A stretch of DNA of 61,407 nt, counting the filler, from Basidiobolus ranarum (Eukaryota), in assembly GCA_040143965.1 (NCBI GenBank). It is 19 parts of 19 records of this genome, joined end to end, with 100 filler letters (N's around TTAATTAATTAA, not from the genome) between each part and the next. Parts side by side here need not be neighbours in the genome. Positions count along the whole stretch, not along the records: positions 48,596 to 51,727 come from JASJQH010009585.1; positions 51,828 to 54,955 come from JASJQH010009586.1; positions 55,056 to 58,183 come from JASJQH010009587.1; positions 58,284 to 61,407 come from JASJQH010009588.1; 15 more parts are not named here. One strand, written 5' to 3'. Below, piece after piece: positions 49,781 to 61,407 of the stretch; within the stretch, counting starts at the first letter, position 1; each line of letters starts with the position of its first letter. Made by a program: the position numbers and the translations under genes. The notes under the pieces were generated by a model. That model saw only the letters and a list, made by a program, of their open reading frames with translations. It was not told the origin of the DNA and searched no databases.

Positions 49781-51360
49781 TTCTAGGAAAGCTGCAAGAC
49801 AGACTGCTTGGTGAGATATATCAAGATATGCAATATTATTGTTTTAGCCAGGAGGTTATCTACTCAAGAAATGACTCAATGACTTGTGGTAGGACATTTG
49901 TTGACTGCAAGTCAAGGTTATTTTGGCTGAAGTCTGTACATCAATTTGCCAAAATCCAATAGCCTATTCTCATTGTGGACAGCAACACAAGACAGCTATT
50001 TGCCAAGTGTCAGTGCTATTCAAAATTTCTGATATTTAATAATTTTTTCACCATAACTTTTATGGTAAAGCTATTTGCTGTTGTTGGGTAAAGTATGATC
50101 AGTCAAGAATGTGCATATGTAGAGACTGACCACAAAAATATTCTTGTACTGTTTGATTCCAATTATGGCTAAAACAAAAAGCCTAACATATTTAAATAAA
50201 GGCACACATATTGATTTGAATTCCTACATCAGTAAACCCAGTAATTTGCCATTCAAAAATTAGTTTTTTGCAAAAATTATTTGAAATTAAATAACACATT
50301 TCAAATATAAGGATCTGTATTTTACTATGCTAGAACACCATGGAAATACAATCAAAAAGCTGCAATATCACCATCATAATCCCTGGCAGAATGCAAGCCA
50401 CCAATATTGTCACAGTCCTCTGATTGTTTTGCAATCCAGAAGTGTAGATCAAATTTAGCTCCAAACTCAAATTTGAGGATTGATATTGTAGGAAAACCAT
50501 CATAAGTTTAATCCAGTTTGCTTTGACCACTTATTTACCATCATAAAATAATCAAGTTAGATTTGATTTTAATCAATTTTTCAGTTGAAGGAGTGAAATT
50601 TTAAAATCTTGCAAAATAGTAGCACATGATTAGCTTAAGTTACAGAGAACCAAGGGCTAACATGTGTGCAAAAAACATAACTCAAATTTTACACTTTTAC
50701 CACTTAAACACTAATTTGTCACCTTCAAAATTCCTAGTTTCTTTGATATATTCTCTTGAATATTCTTATAGAGTTTGTCATACCCAAGGTTTAGCTTATA
50801 TCCAACACAAGTTGGTTTTAATATCTCCATCAAAGCCCACCGCTATATTAACATTGCTGAATCAACATTCTTCCAGCTTTTTATTTGATACCCTGCAATA
50901 TTGTGCCACTCTGTATTAAGTTCTCTCCCAGTATCTGCATTGTCAACACCAGACTGAAAATCAAGTAGAATATTCTTCCTCTGAAGCCACTTTGTGCATG
51001 CTTGCACTATATTATTCCATTCATATTTTTCAAAATACTGCTCCAGCACTTCTACTTTTTTATATGTACTTGTAGTGTGATGTTACTCATGGTGCTTTAA
51101 GGTTTTTTGTGGCTTTTTGCTTGCCTTTAACTTTGAGGCTAATTCCAACACTTTGAAAAGTACCAGTTGAGGTTGCAGATCCCTGACTTTATTTGTGGTG
51201 TTTTAGCTTGTTGAAAGGTGCCAGGTGTTTGATAAACTCCCAAATTTAGCACTCTTCCAACTGGTGTACATAGTTCCATTGTAGAATTAAGCTTTCTTGC
51301 CAGTGTGTCAGACTCTGGAGATGCAGATCTTTGTGACGATGAGAAGAATTTGGTAAGAGG
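49780..51360. mobile_element. CACTA transposase C-terminus and right end joined to a left end and ORF2
   Basis: Right-end sequence runs into CCAAACTCAAATTTGAGGATTG near 50461. Confidence 0.75.
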
Positions 51361-51727
51361 TGTTGAAGTTTATTGTCTTTATCATATTTGTTATCTCTAC
51401 CTTTATAAACCTAACTGTATCATATATCACATATAAGTTAGTTAACATTTCTTAGTCAAATATCACTTAGCTGAAAATTGGAACATATACTATACATATA
51501 TGTAAATAATGTGAAAATTAGCAATTCCATATTGGAAATTTCAAACTTGTCCAAATTGCCCCAAAGATAGCTCATTTTACTCTCACAGATGTTTGAACAC
51601 AACCTCAGTGTTAGTTTTCTGTATATCTATCAAAATGTATAAATGCTTTATTTCTGGACAATAAACAAATATCTCACAAAGCTATTCACAACTCCACTTT
51701 TCTAAAGTTCCTCCAAACAGCCCATAT
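51361..51727 (+). repeat. LTR family C inserted into CACTA ORF2
   Basis: TGTTGAAGTTTATTGTC start; reverse complement of 21509-21886. Confidence 0.88.
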
Positions 51728-52379
51728 NNNNNNNNNNNNNNNNNNNNNNNNNNNNNNNNNNNNNNNNNNNNTTAATTAATTAANNNNNNNNNNNNNNNNN
51801 NNNNNNNNNNNNNNNNNNNNNNNNNNNTGCACTGTTTAAGCAGGAGATATGAGCAGAGCAGATCTTACTAATATAAGTCTTGAGAGTAGCAATGGTTTGC
51901 TATGTTGCAGTAGTGAGTAGATTTTCTAGGCAGCTAGACTTGGTTTTCTGAGTATGCTAGTAGATACTAGGCTTTGATAGAAATGAGAGGGGAAAATAGA
52001 ATTTGTTGTGACATACTGAGAAGTGCTGAAATCTAATATTTGTTCAGCCATACACTAAACCAAAAGGTTCAGTTAGCCTTACTTATACTTTTTGATGGCA
52101 AAGCAGATTAGTCAGTGCCAAGATAATATATTACTAATTTGGATGAAAGAGAATATGATCAGATAGATAGATAGATAGACAAGAGAGTCATGCATCAGTT
52201 GAAGTCTTGGCCATGGAAGCTCATTGGTTATGATTCTTGTGACTTATATTGACTTGTGTCTTGGCAGATTACTGAGTGGTCCATACTGATTGGATTTAGG
52301 CAGCCAAGTAGGTAGCCAAGATAAAATGTATTGTAAGGTGCAGCTGCTAATAACTTGTGAAAAGCTTGTTTAGTTAGTG

Positions 52380-53100
52380 TAATTCTCACTTACAAATATT
52401 TTTTTTCATCCAGGCAAAGAGTACAACCAAGCAAGATTGATTTAGCAATTGAAAGGTCCAAGTTATTTTCTCAGAGATGCCTCTGAATAGAATCACTATC
52501 TTGCAGGGCTGAGAAATAGAAATTCTGATATCATTAGCAAGCAAAGTGGGCAAGTATCCATGAGATAGCTCAAGAAAATCATTGAGAAATATGACAAAAA
52601 ACAGAGGAATTAGAACAGAACCTGGCAATGAACCATTTGGCACTAAATACAAGCAGGAAGAGAATCCAGGATGGAGGATTCTGGCTTTGTGGTCAGCAAA
52701 GAGGTTACTGACAAACATAGTGAAGGATTGGGAAGTCAACAACTGCAGCTCTCTCCACAGCAGAACTCTGTCCACTGAGCCAAAGGCCTTGCCAATATCA
52801 GAAAACTAGCAGCTTGTGGATATTACAATACATTGTCATGGTTAAGTATTATAGCCATGTCTAAAGGGAGCCTAGGAAGGAAGCCAAATAGCCTATTACA
52901 ACAGTAAGAAAGTCTTTCAATGATGGATTTTGCCAATAGAAGCTCAAACACTTTTCTGCAAATAGGTAGCAATGAAATGCACCTATAGGACTTGGGATCA
53001 CTATGTTTGCCTTTGCCCTTATAAAGAGGCAAAACATCAGCAATGGACCACTCTGGAGGAGTATTATGCTGCATGCAACACTGCTCAAACATAGGTAATA
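52380..53100 (-). mobile_element. Non-LTR (LINE) reverse transcriptase remnant
   Basis: PPEWSIADVLPLYKGKG--SDPKSYRCISLL, DIGKAFGSVDR (D--KAFD-V), NGSLPGSVLIPLFF (GVPQGS-LSP-LF), LANDI (YADD). Cut off by a decayed family A LTR near 53103. Confidence 0.85.
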
Positions 53101-53639
53101 GGTATTGAAGTTAATATTGCCTAAAAATCTATAAAGTCATGTATAGCTTGGCTTTTAGTTATCCAACATTTCACTCTCCCTATGCAAAATATGTGAATGA
53201 ATACCATTGGAAAACTGCAGTAAACACAAATATAGTGGTAAGAATACCATAAGAAAATGAGAGCAAAGAAGCCTAATAGAGTACCATTAGAAGATGGGTG
53301 AAATACCATTATTTTTCAAGCTTGTGCTAGAATCCCCAAACTTTACACACATGTTACTGGGGCTGTTTCTAACATATTCTACAGGTTAGTTTGTTTAATC
53401 TTGATAAAACTACACTTATCTCACTGGTTCAGCACTTAGGGAAGAATTCTAAATAAAAATTATAGTATGAGTTGGTGATAGTACATGAGTAAGAAACTAG
53501 CATTGATAACTACTTCATTCTTCATACCTGAGAATAGAGTATTGGCAAGGAACTATGTGCACTCACGCCAAACACCTCTCACCAAATAGTGATGTTGTAT
53601 TTTGATAATCATAATGATACTATCACTCATTTCTGGGAT

Positions 53640-54955
53640 CTTTAGCTGCTGGCTTGCAACCATGTGTCTTGAGACTCTCAAAGGTGAAGACAAGAAATTG
53701 AAGCATATCAACTCTGGCGGAGAGGCCAATTTGGTAGATCTGGGGAAGCAACTCTTACTTACATTAGAAAAAGCCGAATCAAAATTCACTGATATCATTG
53801 CACCTGGATTTAGAATGACTGAAACTTGCGCAGCATGTATCAATAACAAATACTTTCCATTTAACTACACTTGGAAGGAATTCGGTACACTAGGTCATCC
53901 TTCGAGTGAAGTGCCCTTGAGAATTGTGGATCATGACGATCAAATATTACCAGCTGGCTCTAGCGGTAATCTACAGATATCATGTCCTCAGCTTTTCAAG
54001 GGTTACTACAACAATCCTGAGGCAAGTGAAAAAGCTTTCACTAAGGATGATTGGTTCAGAACCGGGGATACGGCTAATTTCATCAATGGGGCCCTGGAAC
54101 TTGTTGGATGAACTAAAGATAGTATTATTCTCCGTGGAGTAAACTATTACAGCAACGTACTCGAAGCTGCTTTACAAAATATAGAAGGGATTGCTCCTTC
54201 ATCTGTCGCTGTTTGCCCTATCTGCCCAAAGGGCTCTCAAACCGTGCAAGTTGCCGTTTTCTATCTTTCTTCATTCTCACTATCCGATCAAGAAGCCCTT
54301 CTTGGCACTCATTCCAGTATTCAACAATGCTCTCAAGCACCTCACGTAATACTGCCACTCTCAAAAAATATCTTGACTAAAAACTCATTGGGCAAGCTAT
54401 CAAGAGGAAAGCTATGTCAACGATATGAAAAAGGGGAGTTCAAAGAATTCTTTGAGATTGTTGAACCAATCATCTCGTGACAAGTAACGGGATCCGGTGA
54501 ACCCATATATTTTGTCCATCCTGGTGTAGGTGAAGTCCTTACCTTTGTCAACTTGGCCAAGTATTTTGCGAATGAACGTTCATTCTACGCATTGAGAGCT
54601 CGAGGATTTGATGAAAATCAAGCTTACTTTGAGTCAATGGAAGAGATGGTCGATATTTATACTGCAGCCATTCGTAAAACTCAACCGGAAGGTCCCTACG
54701 TTGTAGCTGGATATTCTCACGGTGGTGTGGTAGTATATGAGATTGCTAAACGATTGGAAGCTCAGAACCAACGAGTAGCTTTTGTCGGGCTAGTAAACAT
54801 TCCGCCTCACATATACTAAATTGGACTGAAGGATCCTTGAATTTATCTTACTTCTTGGACCTTATCACTAAAGAAGAGGCCAATCTTCACACCTTGACTC
54901 GTGCAGAACAGATCAATTATGTCTGTTCAAAGGCCTCTGCTGATAGAATCCAGGA
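53640..54955 (+). pseudogene. NRPS-like A-(T)-TE gene of the quinone synthetase / aryl-pyruvate dimerising type, pseudogenised
   Basis: A-domain motifs SGGEA, PGFRMTETCA, FKGYYNNPEA, WFRTGD, G*TKD-II-RG-NY, KNSLGKLSR. TE motifs FVHPGVGEVL-FVNLAKYF-NER-FYALRARGF, GPY-VAGYSHGG, NIPPHI. In-frame stops at 54109 and 54478, and no T domain. Confidence 0.85.
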
Positions 54956-55055
54956 NNNNNNNNNNNNNNNNNNNNNNNNNNNNNNNNNNNNNNNNNNNNT
55001 TAATTAATTAANNNNNNNNNNNNNNNNNNNNNNNNNNNNNNNNNNNNNNNNNNNN

Positions 55056-57160
55056 TTGTTAAATGAGAACAAATAGCGCTAAATGCACCACCTGAAGCTA
55101 TCCTTGCCTTTCACTAGCAGCATAGGAACGCACTCTCTACACTTTGTCTACATCTTAGAGACTGTCAATTGAGGCATATAAAATCAACCAAAAACATCCA
55201 AAATTCTGGGGAAACACTTGACGGACTATTTGAGACTAAAAGTCTGGCTGATAGGTTATTTCTTAGGTAAAAATTATTCTCAATTCAGATGTGTTTATAT
55301 GATTCTATGCTTAATCCTATAAATAGGATAAAAACTATGGCAGATCAGCACTCATCCATTGGAGCACCTCTAAATGAAGATGACTTATTACTTGGAAAGC
55401 ACTCTCTACACTTTGTCTACATCTTAGAGACTGTCAATTGAGGCATGTAAAATCAGCCAGAAACATCCAAAATGCTTGGGAAACACTTGAGGGATTCTAT
55501 GAGAGTAAAAGCCAGGCTAATAGGCTATATCTGGGGCAGAATTTATTCTCAATTCAGATGAATCTTGATGATTCAATGCTTAATCATATTAATTGGATAA
55601 AACCAAAGCAAATCAGCTCTTGTCCATTGGAGCACCTCTAAATGAAGATGACTTAGCCATGACACTACTTGGGAGCCTGCAAGATGAGTTTGGGAACCTC
55701 ATAATTGCACTAGAACTAAGATAGAGCCATTAACAATAAAATATGTTGGTGCTAGGCTATTGAATGAAGAATTAAGGAGATCTAATTCTCAGCAAAAGAA
55801 TGCAGAACAGGCATTTTTTGGAGCTGTAACATATCCAACAGGCTTCAATAATGGTGCCTCTATTAGGAATTTAAACATCTGCAAGTATTGTAAGAAACCA
55901 GTCCATATTATCAAATATTGCAGAAAAAGGATTTTTGTCAAAAAGCTAAAATTGGAGCAAGCACATCAAGTAAGAAATGATAGGGATCATCTGTTTGGGT
56001 CCACCCTATCAGTAACCACCAAAGAAGACTCAGAAATGCGGTTCATTGATTCAGGAGCTTCTCAGCATGTGTCAAACAGGAAAGATTGGTTTTCTAGTTT
56101 AAAACCAATCCAAACAAGGAAAGTCAACTTAGGTGTTGACTACGCACTAGATGCAGCTGGTGAAGGCACAGTTGTACTCAATTTAGACTGAAATTCAGCT
56201 GCACCATCTGCAAAATTGGATGATGTACTCTATGTACCAAATGTAGGCAAAAATCTACTCTCAATAAGCCATGCAACAACTCAAGGACTAAATTTTGTGC
56301 TCTCTAAGGCTGGTTGTACTATCACGGATTAGAATAATACAAAATTAGCAACTGGGATCAAAACTTAAACAAGCTAGAAATCAACATGTCACCTTCTGAG
56401 CATGCAAGCTTGGCCAAAACTGGTGAAATAAGTTGTCAAATGTGGCATAGAAGATTAGGCCACATTGGGGAACAAAAACTGACCAAAATGATCTGAAACT
56501 AGCTTGTTTCAGGCAAGAAAATTGGAATTATCACTAAATTGGATCTGTGTGAAGATTGCATACATGGAAAATATCACACACAGCCATTTTCAAGCTTTGA
56601 AGAGATCAAATTGACTAAGAGTTTTGCCCTTATTCATTCTGACCTATATGGGCCCTTGAAAAGTGTCTTATTAGGTAGGAAAAGGTACTTTATGACCTTT
56701 ATTGATGACAAAAGAAGATAAACTTGGGTATTCTATCTCAAATCAAAATCTAAAGCCTTGGCTATGTTCAAGCACTACAAAGCAGTGGTGGCAAAAGAAT
56801 CAGCACAAAAAATAAAGGTACCAAGAAGTGATAATGGAGGAGAATACTGCTCAAAAGACTTTACTAGTTTTTATTCTAAACATTGAATTAAGTAGCAAAC
56901 TACTGTACCTTATACTGCACAGCAATATGGAGTTGCAGGACATGCTAATGGGACCATATTAGAGCTGGCAAGATTAATGTTACATTGTCAAAAGTTAGAT
57001 TATCATTATTGGGCTGAATCAGTTTCCACTGCAGTCTATATCAAAGATAGATGCCCAACAAGATTGCTACAAAATTCTACTCCATTTGAAGCCCTAGATA
57101 GATCAAAACCAAGTGTGGATCTTCTCAGGACCTTTGGTTGCACAGCATATTGCTTAATGA
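55056..57160 (+). mobile_element. Copia family B gag, protease and integrase remnant
   Basis: Zinc knuckle CKYCKKPVHIIKYC, FIDSGASQH, WHRRLGH, CEDC, HSDLYGP, SDNGGEY. Confidence 0.93.
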
Positions 57161-57638
57161 TGAAGCATTAGTCAGGTTACCAGATGTGTTCCTTTGCAGC
57201 AATAGGGCAAGTGAAGAGATTGTGATCCCCCAGTTATGTAGTAAATTAACAATTGAGTAAAGTTCAACCAAAACACCATCAAGACCATCAACTTCCCTAA
57301 TGGCTACTCTGCCTACTATTAAACAACCCTCTGTAGAAAATTTGACAGAATTATTATAACCAGGGAATTGCAGGCAGAACACCATAATAATATGTATGCA
57401 ATCATAAGTAAAAGCAACAAAGTGGCTATACAGGCCATGACAAGCAATAATGCTGCAATATTGCAGTTAATGCAGTGTTTGGAAGCAACTAGTTCACAGT
57501 TGGAAAGTCACTCAACAGTGATACATGACCTTTGGAATACTGTATCTAAACTACAGCAACATACTGCTCCCTCCATCCATTCTCATATGGGACTTAAGTC
57601 AAACCCACACCATACATATGAATGTCATGGTGACCATC
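57161..57638 (+). mobile_element. CACTA internal fragment (ORF2 5' region)
   Basis: MTSNNAAILQLMQCLEATSSQL...LQQH, homologous to 4540-4750. Confidence 0.75.
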
Positions 57639-58183
57639 TGTTGAAACTAGGTAAGTAGCAACTCATTATTTAGTAGTTAGTTTATTCACATTCTGATTAT
57701 TTAGCACTTAATTCTGTCATTCAAAAACCTGTATTCATAGGTTTATTTTATAGAAATATCAATTAGATAACTTTTACCCATTTTCCCTATATTCTCAAAT
57801 CTTCTCCAAATCACATCAAATTTTCAAACATGCTTAACAGGCATGTTTCCTATGATCTAAGCACATCTAATAGTCCAATTTCATAGTAATCTCAAAATAG
57901 GACATATTCAATTCAATAAAATGTAAGTGTCTATTCACAAATCCATATCTTGTACAAAACACTTCCAAATCTCCTAAAAACATTTATCAGGTTATGAACC
58001 CCAAGCTAGCTGTTAAAGGAATGTTACGATTACTATTACAAACATTTTTGCATCCACAAAGAATTTTGATGGTGAAGACCTTTACATTTGGAAGTTCAAG
58101 ATGCAAATGGTGCCAGGTGACAAGGACCTTTGTGGATTTGTTAAAGGAGAAGAAATAGCGCTAAAGGGTCTACCAGAAGCTAT
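57639..58183 (+). mobile_element. Copia family B 5' LTR (57639-57989), PBS and gag start
   Basis: TGTTGAAACTAGG...TTATCA then GGTTATGAACCC; gag FDGEDLYIWKFKMQMV. Confidence 0.88.
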
Positions 58184-58283
58184 NNNNNNNNNNNNNNNNN
58201 NNNNNNNNNNNNNNNNNNNNNNNNNNNTTAATTAATTAANNNNNNNNNNNNNNNNNNNNNNNNNNNNNNNNNNNNNNNNNNNN

Positions 58284-58418
58284 GAGAGCTAAACGAGTAG
58301 GGTTGAAGGTACGATGAAGAGTAGCGACGAATCTGAGAGCATCGTCAGTAAGGATCTCAGCCTGTGCAGGCTTGACCTTGGATAGGATAGAAATACCAGC
58401 AACAGTAGTTTTGAACAT
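58284..58418 (-). CDS. MLS1: Malate synthase A, N-terminus (truncated by the contig end)
   Basis: [25 protein letters not shown] is the conserved fungal malate synthase N-terminus; TATAAATATAAA lies upstream. Confidence 0.85.
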
Positions 58419-59681
58419 TTTAGCTTCTATTTTTTAGTTCACCATCGAAAGTTCAACGGGGAATTTATATTTATATTGCATCTTTTCCAACCTGAGATAA
58501 CAGATTCTAAAAGAGGCACGTCAAGCAGCGTCATGCTTATGAAGATTTACATTACAGGAAGTTGGTGTTGAATTGTCTCGGCAATTTCGGGTAATACAAA
58601 CATTCATATCCAGTTATTTTCGCAATTAATCTCGAGATTATCAGGGGGTTTTACAACTTATCTATGTGTTTCACGATGTCACATTAGTCATTAAATATTC
58701 CTACCTCTATTGAGCGTGTTTCGAAATCAGCTTTTTTTTGTTGATGGATTTCAGTCCGCTTTTAGAATATTCTCAGTAGTATATATAGTTGGCCGCATAA
58801 ATGATTATCACCTGAAGATTATCAGGATTGGTTTTGTTTTTCATTGTGTTTTCCTTACTTGCCATAACATTCGAATTGGGCGGCTTCACAGTGTTTACCA
58901 AAAGTTTAATTATTGGAAGCACAAACAACACCTGAAATATAGACAGAATTCCCACATCCGGCAAAACTACTCATCTATATCTGGTTTGGAGCAGGAGAAC
59001 TATTCGTCACTCTGCACTGAATCTGTTCGCCAAATCTGCTTGGTGGAATGGTTAATTTCATAAATATTTGTGGCGTCACCGAAAATATTCCGTGTCGTAG
59101 CATACCATCAACCCGAAAATTGTTAGATCCGAGGAATGGGAAGCGTAGTATTGAATTGTCCATGTTGCTCCCGTGCTCTGTTCGCCATTCTGAAAGCCAC
59201 CCGTGTTAAGAAAAGCCACCGGTAAAATCTTGGGGGTTCTTGTCAGCGAATGATAGAGAGAACTATCACCGAGATCGTGCGACAATTCCTTGGTATTGCC
59301 ATTACTGAGAATTATTAGATCGTTCTCTCACTTCATGTAGCCTTGATCTGAGGTAGCCCATTGCGTCCCATTTTGTCGCGGAGTTCATCAAAAGGACTGT
59401 CAAATGCCTGGGTAGGGTAACTTCATGTGTACCCCATGTAGGGTTAGGGTTACCTAATGTAGGACTGATGTATTCAACTCGCCATTTGCCTTCACATGAT
59501 GATGTCGTTTTGACTGTCACAATGAAGCCATTGATGTGGGCAGCAATGATATGGAGTGACTCAATTGGCCTAAAGGGTCCATCTTCTCTTTAAATCATTT
59601 TTCTTCCTTTTTTTCACTCCTCCTGTATTCACACACTCCACCTTTGCCTCCCTCTCCTCCTTCTCACCTTCTACTTTCAGA

Positions 59682-60716
59682 ATGACAACCTCGTCGACAT
59701 CAACTTATCCATTCTACCAAATCGACGTCTTCACCGACAAGGGATTCCTCGGCAACCCCCTCGCCGTCATTGTCGCATCCGCCCCTGCCCTGCCCATTCC
59801 CACCGACCAGCAGATGCAAAAAATCGCGAACTGGACAAATCTCTCCGAGACCACCTTCCTCCTCCCCCCTACCGACCCCACCAAGGCCGATTACAAAGTC
59901 AGGATCTTTACGCCGAATATCGAGCTCCCCTTTGCAGGTCACCCTACCATCGGCACCTGTCGTGCGTTTCTGGAGCATACTCAGTCGAAAAAGAAGAACG
60001 TCGTTCAGGAGTGTGAGGTGGGGCTTGTGGAACTGCAGGTTGCTGATAGTGGGTCGATTGCCTTTACTGCGCCACCGCTTCGTAAGACAGGACCGGTGGA
60101 GGAAGAGACTGTGAAGATTGTCTGTGAGGCCATGGGAATTGTGAGGGAGGATGTCTTGGATACACAGTGGTTGGTCAATGGGCCTCACTGGTTTGCGTTA
60201 TTGTTAAAGGATGCCGAGACGGTACTGAAGGCGAGCCGCATTCCCACGTTGAAATCGAAGCAGTTCGAGTTTGGAATCGTGGGGCAGTACCCTAAAGGTG
60301 CTGCAGGGCAAGACAAGGAGGATGGTAGTGCTCCATTCTTTGAGATCCGAGCCTTCCCTCATGTGGATCTGATCGACGAGGATCCCGTCTGCGGTTCTTT
60401 CAAGTAAGTACTGAGGGAATCTTGTCTCCTTTATTTTTACTTTTGGTGGCGTAAGCATTGAGACCAGTGAGCTGACTTTTATATTTATCTTTTTCTGCTC
60501 ACTTTTTGTATAACTAGTGCTGGAGTCGCTCAATGGCTTATCGGCAATGGCGTGGCACCTGCGAGCTATGTGGCATCTCAAGGGCTAGCGATGGGAAGAC
60601 GCGGTCGTATTGTTGTGCACCGCGATGACTCGGACCTGTCGTTAGACGTATCCAAGCGTTCTGTCTGGGTCGGTGGTCAGACCGTCATTTGTATCCAGGG
60701 CACTATCCAAGTCTAA
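59682..60716 (+). CDS. PhzF/PhzC-family epimerase-like protein, two exons (59682-60403, 60518-60716)
   Basis: [46 protein letters not shown]. Removing the GTAAGT...TAG intron gives [18 protein letters not shown]...SYVASQG-AMGRRGR...VWVGG. Confidence 0.92.
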
Positions 60717-61342
60717 ATCCAAAAAAGCGACCTTTCTAGTGTTTTTAACTGGTTATAAGTTAACTACGGTTAAATTTCAAAGCCAATAAAGTTAATTTAA
60801 CTGTCGTATTTTCTTACCATGTGTTAAACTGTAGTCTCGCACCCATCCCTTCACTTTACATGGGTATTGTCAGGAATAAGCATCGCCTGATTTATACGGA
60901 AGAAAAAAATGGTTCCACTTACTATCTTAGGATTAGTCATTATAAGCTGAGTCAATCTCGTGCCCTTTGTCATGCCATTATTCCATCAATTTCTTACACA
61001 AGCTTCTGAGTCCGTTCCAATAAAAATCATTGCAAAACCATCAGTTGGCAGGGCCCTCCGAGCAGAAGGGCAGAAGCCATCGTTGACATAGATACTGGAA
61101 TAAACACTCAGGTGGATACGGATATGGATGCGGATGTGGAATCCAATTCATGTGACATCATATTTTTTATGTCTCAAATCGCTGGACTGAAACCTTCGGC
61201 AGTAAAAGTAATATTACGACGGCATGTGATATTAATAAACCATTAGAGTATTCGGCTATTGACGTTTAGGTATATAAACAGACCATCGTCTGTCAGTTAC
61301 AGTTAAGCCGTTTCGTTTATATCCAACTCATCCCTCTCCATC

Positions 61343-61407
61343 ATGAACCAACCTTCACTCACTCGGGTCTCTTTCTTAGCTCCTGTAAAAGCCTACCAAG
61401 CTGAAAT
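61343..61407 (+). CDS. Probable second malate synthase paralogue, first 21 codons
   Basis: MNQPSLTRVSFLAPVKAYQAEI aligns with [22 protein letters not shown] at 58418. TATATAAA at 61271. Truncated by the window end. Confidence 0.55.
   Translation, partial: MNQPSLTRVSFLAPVKAYQAE

Noticed and set aside
52162-52180. (GATA)n microsatellite as the LINE 3' tail
   Set aside because: Only about four units and no TSD found, so it cannot be told apart from a chance microsatellite.
58710-59520. ORFs between malate synthase and PhzF, including an HEVT motif suggesting a metalloprotease
   Set aside because: HEVTL is not HExxH, and the ORFs are short, mostly with non-ATG starts. This is probably a divergent promoter region.
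59700-60581. Antisense and alternate-frame ORFs over PhzF (similar ones overlap the permease, glycosidase and repeat genes)
   Set aside because: Shadow ORFs of real coding sequence.

Overview
This window is not one locus. It is 19 unrelated contigs of about 3.1 kb, sorted by decreasing length (3148 down to 3124 bp) and joined by artificial 100-bp spacers (N44-TTAATTAATTAA-N44), so only neighbourhoods inside a contig mean anything. The DNA is eukaryotic and AT-rich with short GT-AG introns. It looks fungal, and an early-diverging lineage such as a Basidiobolus-like zoopagomycete is my inference, not a demonstrated fact. About two-thirds is nested, decayed, strongly CpG-depleted transposon DNA. 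This comprises three Ty1/copia LTR families (two show a half-tRNAiMet-type PBS), a probable self-priming Ty3/gypsy-type LTR family, a high-copy CACTA/EnSpm family with CCCTAACA termini and two divergent ORFs, and a LINE remnant. Host genes include a LysP-like amino acid permease, an ecdysoneless (Ecd/SGT1) homologue, a class-3 lipase lacking the catalytic Asp, a bacterial-like phosphodiester glycosidase, two small secreted Cys-rich proteins, an orphan Hsp70 tail, an atypical tRNA-Pro(CGG), a quinone-synthetase-type NRPS-like pseudogene, and an intron-bearing bacterial-like PhzF gene flanked by two divergent malate synthase starts. The best candidate for an undescribed system is a tandem pair of secreted proteins (6512-9577). 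Each is built from eight C-x18/19-C amphipathic modules separated by linkers carrying Arg/Arg-Arg and RGD sites.
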